Positions 27,758-35,085 of a stretch of 35,085 bases of DNA are shown here, one piece after another. The notes below the pieces were generated by a model. That model was not told where the DNA came from and made no database searches. It saw only the letters and a list, made by a program, of their open reading frames with translations. The stretch spans positions 1 to 35,085 of the forward strand of contig JAFVVB010000186.1 in NCBI GenBank assembly GCA_017502425.1. Direction: 5' to 3'. Position 1 is the first letter of the stretch. Every line of letters begins with the position of its first letter. A program made the translations under genes and the position numbers. This stretch comes from Ruminococcus sp. Lineage in GTDB: Bacteria > Bacillota > Clostridia > Oscillospirales > Acutalibacteraceae.

Positions 27758-27920
27758 ATGAGTCATAAATAAAAAACGATATAAAAACCCGTGTTTTCTC
27801 ACTAAAATATAAATAATTTTATAAAAGTCACTTAAAACCCTTTAATTTCAACCTGATATATGATAAAATTACATCTATAATGCACCGATATGCGTGTAAA
27901 TTTGAAATTCGGGTGATTTT

Positions 27921-28694
27921 TTGGCAAAAGTCATAGCTGTTGCTAACCAGAAAGGCGGTGTCGGTAAAACGACTTCAGCGGTTAATATCGCTGCCGCGCT
28001 GGGATTTAATAAGAAAAAGACACTTTTGATAGACGTTGATCCTCAGGGAAACGCAACCAGCGGTGTGGGTATTGATAAACGAGGAGTAAAATTTACTACC
28101 TATGATTTATTGGTTTCTGACACTAAAGCTCAGGATATCATAGTACAGACTCAGTTTGATAACCTTTACGTGATGCCGTCGGGAATCGATTTAGCGGCGG
28201 CTGAGCTCGAGATAGTAGAGATGTCTAATCGTGCGTACCGTATGAAACAGGCTATCGCATCGATTAAAGCTGATTTTGACTACATTATCATTGACTGTCC
28301 CCCATCGCTCGGACTCATTACTACTAACGCTATCACAGCAGCTGATACTATTTTAGTACCTATCCAGTGTGAGTATTACGCATTAGAAGGTTTGTCTCAG
28401 CTGATGAATACCGTAAGACGAGTTAAACGCCAGTCAAATCCTCATATTGATATTGAGGGAGTGCTGCTTACTATGTATGATGGAAGACTTAATCTGACTC
28501 AGCAGGTAGTAAATGAAGTTAAGCGTTTCTTCCCTAAAAAGGTATTTTCTACTGTTATTCCGCGAGGTGTAAGACTTTCGGAAGCACCTAGTTTCGGAAT
28601 GCCGGTTATTTACTACGATAAATCCTGTAAAGGAGCACAGGCGTACCTCGACCTCGTAGTGGAAATTTTGAAAAAGGAGCGTAAATATGGCTAA
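27921..28694 (+). CDS. parA: Chromosome partitioning ATPase ParA/Soj
   Basis: ANQKGGVGKTT, DVDPQGNAT, IDCPPSLG, QCEYYALEG, LSEAPSFG. Confidence 0.97.
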   Translation: MAKVIAVANQKGGVGKTTSAVNIAAALGFNKKKTLLIDVDPQGNATSGVGIDKRGVKFTTYDLLVSDTKAQDIIVQTQFDNLYVMPSGIDLAAAELEIVEMSNRAYRMKQAIASIKADFDYIIIDCPPSLGLITTNAITAADTILVPIQCEYYALEGLSQLMNTVRRVKRQSNPHIDIEGVLLTMYDGRLNLTQQVVNEVKRFFPKKVFSTVIPRGVRLSEAPSFGMPVIYYDKSCKGAQAYLDLVVEILKKERKYG

Positions 28695-29550
28695 AAAAAT
28701 GGGCGGCTTAGGTAAAGGCCTGAGCGCGATTTTCATGGAAAATGACAGCGAAAACAGCAACGAAGCCGTTACGCTGAGAATTTCGGAAGTAGAGCCTAAC
28801 CGTGACCAGCCACGTAAGGAGTTTGATGAGCAGGCACTCGCAGAGCTTTCCCAGAGTATAATGCAGTTCGGTGTTTTACAGCCGATTCTTGTCAGACCAC
28901 TTATAGACGGTGGCTATCAGATAGTAGCCGGTGAGCGAAGATACAGAGCATCACGTTTAGCGGGGCTTACTGAGATTCCTGCGGTTATCAGAGAGCTTTC
29001 CGATAACGAGACAATGGAGCTTGCGCTGATTGAAAACCTCCAGCGTGAAGACCTCTCTCCTATCGAAGAAGCTAAAGGATATAAAACGCTGATTGATACA
29101 TACAGTATGAGTCAGGAACAGGTAGCACAGACGGTCGGAAAATCCCGTCCTGCTATCGCTAATACGATGAGACTTCTGCTACTTCCTGATGATGTAATAG
29201 CATTAGTAGAAAACGGCGACCTCAGTAGTGGCCACGCAAGAGCACTTTTATCGCTTGATAATAAAGCATTAATGAGTGCAATAGCACAAGACGCTGTGAA
29301 AAAAGGTTTATCGGTACGTCAGGTTGAGAAAATGGTCAAAGACCTTACTAAAAAACCTGCTACTAAAACCAGAGTAGCGAAAGCAAAGCCTTCGTACTTT
29401 TCCGAAGTGGAGCTCGCGCTTTCTGAGTATTTAGGAAACAAAGTAGTAGTCACCCCGTCCAAAGACGGAAACGGTGGTACGCTAGCGATTGACTTTTATT
29501 CTTTAGAAGAATTAAAAGAACTTGCTAATAAACTCGAAGATAATAAATAA
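28687..29550 (+). CDS. parB: Chromosome partitioning protein ParB/Spo0J
   Basis: GLGKGLSA, QPRKEF, VAGERRYRA, ALIENLQREDL, GKSRPAIAN, GHARALL. Confidence 0.97.
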   Translation: MAKKMGGLGKGLSAIFMENDSENSNEAVTLRISEVEPNRDQPRKEFDEQALAELSQSIMQFGVLQPILVRPLIDGGYQIVAGERRYRASRLAGLTEIPAVIRELSDNETMELALIENLQREDLSPIEEAKGYKTLIDTYSMSQEQVAQTVGKSRPAIANTMRLLLLPDDVIALVENGDLSSGHARALLSLDNKALMSAIAQDAVKKGLSVRQVEKMVKDLTKKPATKTRVAKAKPSYFSEVELALSEYLGNKVVVTPSKDGNGGTLAIDFYSLEELKELANKLEDNK

Positions 29551-29664
29551 ACGTTTTAAACTTTAATCTTAGAAGTCATAAATTATATAGATTTTTTTAT
29601 GAATACGATAAGTATAAGATGTGATATAATAAAGTTCAGTATATTTATATAAGGAGATAGAACA

Positions 29665-30948
29665 ATGATTGATATTAAATTTTTAAGAGAAAATCCTGAT
29701 GTAGTAAAGGAAAATATAAAGAAAAAGTTTCAGGACTCAAAGCTTCCTTTAGTAGACGAGGTTATTGAGCTTGACGCAGAAAGCAGAAAAATCAAGGGTA
29801 TGGCTGACGATTTAAGAGCACAGCGTAATAAGTACTCTAAGGAAATCGGTAAACTCTTTGGTCAGGGCAAACGTGAAGAAGCAGAAGAAATGAAGAAGCT
29901 CGTTACTGAAAAGGGAGAAGAACTTGCACAGCTTGAAGCTAAAGAAGCAGAGCTTTCTAAGAAAGTAACTGATATTATGATGATTATTCCTAACATCATA
30001 GATGATTCAGTTCCTATCGGTAAAGACGATTCTGAAAACGTAGAAGTTCAGCGTTACGGTGAGCCACTCACCCCTGACTTTGAGATTCCATATCACACAG
30101 AAATTATGGAAAAACTAAACGGTATTGACCTTGATTCTGCAAGAAAAGTAGCTGGTAACGGTTTTTACTATCTCATGGGTGATATCGCACGTCTTCACTC
30201 AGCAGTTATTTCATACGCTAGAGACTTTATGATCGACCGCGGTTTTACATACTGCGTTCCACCATTTATGATTCGTTCAAACGTTGTAACAGGTGTAATG
30301 AGCTTTGCTGAAATGGAAGCTATGATGTACAAAATCGAGGGCGAAGACCTCTACCTCATCGGTACTTCAGAGCATTCTATGATCGGTAAATTTATCGATA
30401 CTATAAATAAGGAAAAAGAACTTCCTTATACTTTAACAAGTTACTCACCATGTTTCAGAAAAGAAAAAGGCGCTCACGGTATCGAAGAGCGTGGTGTATA
30501 TCGTATTCACCAGTTTGAGAAGCAGGAAATGGTTGTTGTATGTAAACCTGACGAGTCTGCTATGTGGTTTGATAAGCTGTGGCAGAACACAGTAGACCTT
30601 TTCCGCACACTTGATATTCCGGTACGTACACTCGAATGCTGTTCGGGAGACCTCGCTGACCTTAAAGTTAAGTCTATCGACGTTGAAGCATGGTCACCAC
30701 GTCAGCAAAAGTACTTTGAGGTTGGTTCATGTTCTAACCTTTCTGATGCTCAGGCACGCAGACTTAAAATCAGAGTTCACGGCGAAGATGGTTCAAAATA
30801 CTTTGCCCACACTCTTAACAACACTGTTGTTGCTCCACCTAGAATGCTCATTGCATTCCTCGAGAACAACTTAAACGAAGACGGTTCTATCAACATCCCT
30901 GAGGCACTAAGACCATATATGGGCGGTAAAGATAAAATCACACCATAA
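29665..30948 (+). CDS. serS: Serine--tRNA ligase
   Basis: N-terminal coiled coil, LIGTSE, CFRKE, RIHQFEKQE, SCSN, HTLNNT. Confidence 0.97.
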   Translation: MIDIKFLRENPDVVKENIKKKFQDSKLPLVDEVIELDAESRKIKGMADDLRAQRNKYSKEIGKLFGQGKREEAEEMKKLVTEKGEELAQLEAKEAELSKKVTDIMMIIPNIIDDSVPIGKDDSENVEVQRYGEPLTPDFEIPYHTEIMEKLNGIDLDSARKVAGNGFYYLMGDIARLHSAVISYARDFMIDRGFTYCVPPFMIRSNVVTGVMSFAEMEAMMYKIEGEDLYLIGTSEHSMIGKFIDTINKEKELPYTLTSYSPCFRKEKGAHGIEERGVYRIHQFEKQEMVVVCKPDESAMWFDKLWQNTVDLFRTLDIPVRTLECCSGDLADLKVKSIDVEAWSPRQQKYFEVGSCSNLSDAQARRLKIRVHGEDGSKYFAHTLNNTVVAPPRMLIAFLENNLNEDGSINIPEALRPYMGGKDKITP

Positions 30949-30965
30949 TTAAATATAAACGCATG

Positions 30966-30997
30966 AAAAAAACCGCCTTTTAAATAAGGCGGTTTTT
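30966..30997. terminator. Bidirectional terminator between convergent serS and lipoprotein genes
   Basis: AAAAACCGCCTT/AAGGCGGTTTTT with A and T runs on both sides. Confidence 0.88.
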
Positions 30998-31004
30998 CTA
31001 TCTC

Positions 31005-31694
31005 TTAGTTCTGTACGGGTTCGTATGTGTAATCATTAAGCACTAAATTTCCATCATCTAATGCTTTGTAGGTTAATTCTTTTTCGTTTAGGTTTTCAGG
31101 GCTTGACATAGAATAAATAGTAACTTTACCATCTTTGCATCCGTATTTGCAATCGATGGTAGCATCACTATATAAATCGGTAATGACAGCAGTACCATCT
31201 TCGTTGAAACGATAACACTCGTAGTTATCAACACTCTGCCAATCTCCGACAATGGCTTTATCAACAGTCAGGTTGTTTGGAGCTTTGATTTCTACTTTTG
31301 GCATAGTAGCCTTTTTAAAAGTGTATTCGTATTCGTCACTTTTCAAAGTCATCTTATCTTTGCTGAAAGTAGCAGAATACTCGTTATACAGGAAGTTAGG
31401 TATATCGATATCGTAGAGTTTTTCATCATCGTAGTAGTCGTAGTAACCATAAACAGTACAAGTGCCCCATTTAGCGTAAGCGTCACCTTTTTCGTCAAAG
31501 ATGAAATAGCATTCTTTGTTTATATCATCGCACACCCAAGTACCGATAATTTTATTATCTTCGTATAGCACCTCGTCTTTAGTAGCCACATCAGTAGGAG
31601 TAGCAGGAGCAGTAGAATCAGCATCCTCGCTCTTACAACCACCTAGAATAAGTAAAAATGATAAGCATAATAAAGCTATGATAATCTTTTTCAT
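31005..31694 (-). CDS. Lipoprotein with two tandem beta-rich (GxW, DUF5640/lipocalin-like) repeats
   Basis: Start ATG 31694 (RBS GAGGTG), lipobox LGG-C, repeats IIGTWVCD...ECYFIFDEKG and IVGDWQSV...ECYRFNEDG. Confidence 0.8.
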   Translation of the reverse strand: MKKIIIALLCLSFLLILGGCKSEDADSTAPATPTDVATKDEVLYEDNKIIGTWVCDDINKECYFIFDEKGDAYAKWGTCTVYGYYDYYDDEKLYDIDIPNFLYNEYSATFSKDKMTLKSDEYEYTFKKATMPKVEIKAPNNLTVDKAIVGDWQSVDNYECYRFNEDGTAVITDLYSDATIDCKYGCKDGKVTIYSMSSPENLNEKELTYKALDDGNLVLNDYTYEPVQN

Positions 31695-31745
31695 AAAACA
31701 CCTCACGAATATTCAACATTTACACCAGTTTTGAGTATACAATCA

Positions 31746-31774
31746 ATTTTAAGTATACTAGCACCAAAAGTCAA
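31746..31774 (-). promoter_or_regulatory. Sigma-A promoter of the lipoprotein gene
   Basis: Minus strand TTGACT-N17-TAAAAT. Confidence 0.65.
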
Positions 31775-31802
31775 CAAATTTTTAAAAATCAAAGAATTAG
31801 CC

Positions 31803-31831
31803 TTGCATAGATTAAAATCATTTGATATAAT
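31803..31831 (+). promoter_or_regulatory. Sigma-A promoter of guaB
   Basis: TTGCAT-N17-TATAAT with TG extension. Confidence 0.7.
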
Positions 31832-31840
31832 TAAGGTTAA

Positions 31841-33340
<1,500 letters not shown>

Positions 33341-33344
33341 TTTC

Positions 33345-33371
33345 AAAGCCCCCGAAACCGGGGGCTTTTTT
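33345..33371 (+). terminator. Intrinsic terminator after guaB
   Basis: AAAGCCCCC...GGGGGCTTT followed by TTT. Confidence 0.88.
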
Positions 33372-33492
33372 ATCGAAAAACCTCGTAAATAAGCGGTTGT
33401 TACATATCGTAACAGTAGTGTTACAGGCGGTTTATTGAACTTTTGGGACTTTTTTGTATAGTAGAAGTTGCTAAAAGTTTTCAGGAGGTAAA

Positions 33493-34089
33493 ATGAAAAT
33501 GACTTTAGGTGAAAAAATCAAAGAAGCCAGAAAACAGACTAGGTTGTCACAGGAACAGCTGGCGGAAAAAATGTGTTTTTCACGTTCAGCGGTTGCGAAA
33601 TGGGAAACTGATAAAGGGATCCGAGATATAGATAATCTTAAATTGATTGCAAAAACGCTTGACGTGTCTGTGGACTATTTGCTCGATGACGAAGATACGG
33701 CTGATATGATGGTTGTGCGTGAAGCATACGATATTAGTAAATACGGTAAAGGCCGTAAAAAGAAACTCAAAGACAGGTTGATGAGAGAAAAGTTTCCGCA
33801 TGACGAGATTTTTACATTACTACCTAAGTATAAAGAGGAGAAAAGAGAGAAAATTATTGATTACTTTTTAGGCTTTGTGCTGGACGCACCCTTTGGCCTG
33901 CCTCAGTTTATACACGAATGCAAAAATTGCGTTAATGAATACTATCTGGTAGAAAAAGATGATGACCAGCTTTTTGTTAAAGTAACTGATGATTTTATTG
34001 AAACAAGAAGGCTTAAAAAGAGAATTACTAAAGATAAATTTGATATTGGTGAATGGACATACATTAAGTGTAAATACACCGTAAAATGA
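33493..34089 (+). CDS. XRE-family HTH transcriptional regulator
   Basis: LGEKIKEARKQTRLSQEQLAEKMCFSRSAVAKWETDKG...LDVSVDYLL, plus a C-terminal domain I do not recognise; RBS AGGAGG. Confidence 0.92.
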   Translation: MKMTLGEKIKEARKQTRLSQEQLAEKMCFSRSAVAKWETDKGIRDIDNLKLIAKTLDVSVDYLLDDEDTADMMVVREAYDISKYGKGRKKKLKDRLMREKFPHDEIFTLLPKYKEEKREKIIDYFLGFVLDAPFGLPQFIHECKNCVNEYYLVEKDDDQLFVKVTDDFIETRRLKKRITKDKFDIGEWTYIKCKYTVK

Positions 34090-34091
34090 CG

Positions 34092-34121
34092 AAAAAAGGC
34101 TCCTTGAAAGAGGAGCCTTTT
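34092..34121. terminator. Bidirectional terminator
   Basis: AAAAGGCTCCT/AGGAGCCTTTT between convergent genes. Confidence 0.88.
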
Positions 34122-34129
34122 ATGTTATG

Positions 34130-35085
34130 CTATATTATTTTTTTAGCACCGGGTATGATGAGTTTTGCTAATGCTGTAATCAGTGCGCATGATGCAAATA
34201 CAATAACCTGCCATAGCACGGTTATGAGAAAAACATTATCAGAATGAATAATTATACTATAATATTGTGGTTTTGTGACATTTATAATCAAATCTGAAAT
34301 CAGATAAATGCCGAAAGTAAGTGAACCGAAATAGCAAGTAACTTTTTTGATGCCGTTACCTGCTTTAATAAGAGTTGCAAGGTATTTAATAATTATGTAA
34401 AAACAAATAGCACTTAGTGTTATAGTGAGATAATCTCTATCATCAAGAATCAGATAGTCTTTTGGATTAAGAGGGTAGTAATTTGCTGTATAGTATACTT
34501 CGAAAGTAGTAATACAGACAAAGAGCAAAAGCGAAATAGCTACTATGGCTTTATTGATTTTTAAATAATGTTCAACAAAATATCCTGCAAAAATAACTCC
34601 AATAGTAGGAGCAAAGAAATTTACGGTAAAATATGCGCTCAAATTAAAATTATAAAAAATACTGATAAGTGGAAGCGTTCCCATCACGAATACTGAAAGA
34701 AAAATCAGATATGCAGTTGCTTTTTTAGAAAACGCATTTGCCATACGCTGGAACAAAGGTAGAAGTATAAGCAGACCGATGTATACGTACATATACCACA
34801 TAGCGTTGTTGGTGCGCTTAGTGAGTATGAGCGAGAAAAAATCCTGAAAACTCATAGTGTCCAAAGTGTTTCTATGAAAATATACATAGTATATCAAAGA
34901 ATAAACCACCAACGCTATTATCATTCTGACCACTCGCTCGAATGACTTTTTAGGACTATCGATTTTTCTAAGCAGCAGAGCACCCATGATCATAAAGAAT
35001 ATAGGAACAGCTAATTTAGAAATGAAAAAATAAGTGAGTGATAAATACCACCCAAATGACATCGGGGTTACGTACTCCAGAAATA
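34130..35085 (-). CDS. Acyltransferase family 3 membrane protein, 5' end outside the window
   Basis: AVPIFFMIMGALLL, MWYMYVYIGL, GYF and TFGIYL motifs with many TM helices. The frame stays open to the right edge (FLEYVTP-MSFG). Confidence 0.88.
   Translation of the reverse strand, partial: FLEYVTPMSFGWYLSLTYFFISKLAVPIFFMIMGALLLRKIDSPKKSFERVVRMIIALVVYSLIYYVYFHRNTLDTMSFQDFFSLILTKRTNNAMWYMYVYIGLLILLPLFQRMANAFSKKATAYLIFLSVFVMGTLPLISIFYNFNLSAYFTVNFFAPTIGVIFAGYFVEHYLKINKAIVAISLLLFVCITTFEVYYTANYYPLNPKDYLILDDRDYLTITLSAICFYIIIKYLATLIKAGNGIKKVTCYFGSLTFGIYLISDLIINVTKPQYYSIIIHSDNVFLITVLWQVIVFASCALITALAKLIIPGAKKII

Overview
Chromosomal replication-origin region of a low-GC Firmicute, most likely a Ruminococcus-like (Oscillospiraceae) organism, judged from gene order and a Ruminococcus-style dockerin. 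The conserved core diverges at dnaA/rpmH. The minus strand carries dnaA-oriC-dnaN-yaaA-recF-remB-(Zn-finger membrane protein)-gyrB-gyrA. The plus strand carries rpmH-rnpA-yidD-yidC-jag-mnmE-mnmG-rsmG-noc-parA-parB-serS, then guaB, an XRE regulator and a partial acyltransferase-3. Two perfect parS sites are present. Between gyrA and zapA/U32 peptidase lies a ~6.5 kb accessory array of three paralogous ECF sigma / single-pass anti-sigma modules. Each module has its own TGAAAC-type promoter with a different -10 element. The anti-sigmas share an unrecognised C-terminal extracellular domain on a long P/T/E/S stalk. A secreted dockerin protein and a zinc-ribbon membrane protein are interleaved with the modules; this array is the best candidate for an undescribed system. 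Other notable points: DnaA has an altered box-recognition helix and the origin lacks canonical DnaA boxes, ZapA has a C-terminal clamp-binding-like motif, and there is a candidate NrdR box upstream of dnaA. No rRNA, tRNA, CRISPR array or transposase was seen.
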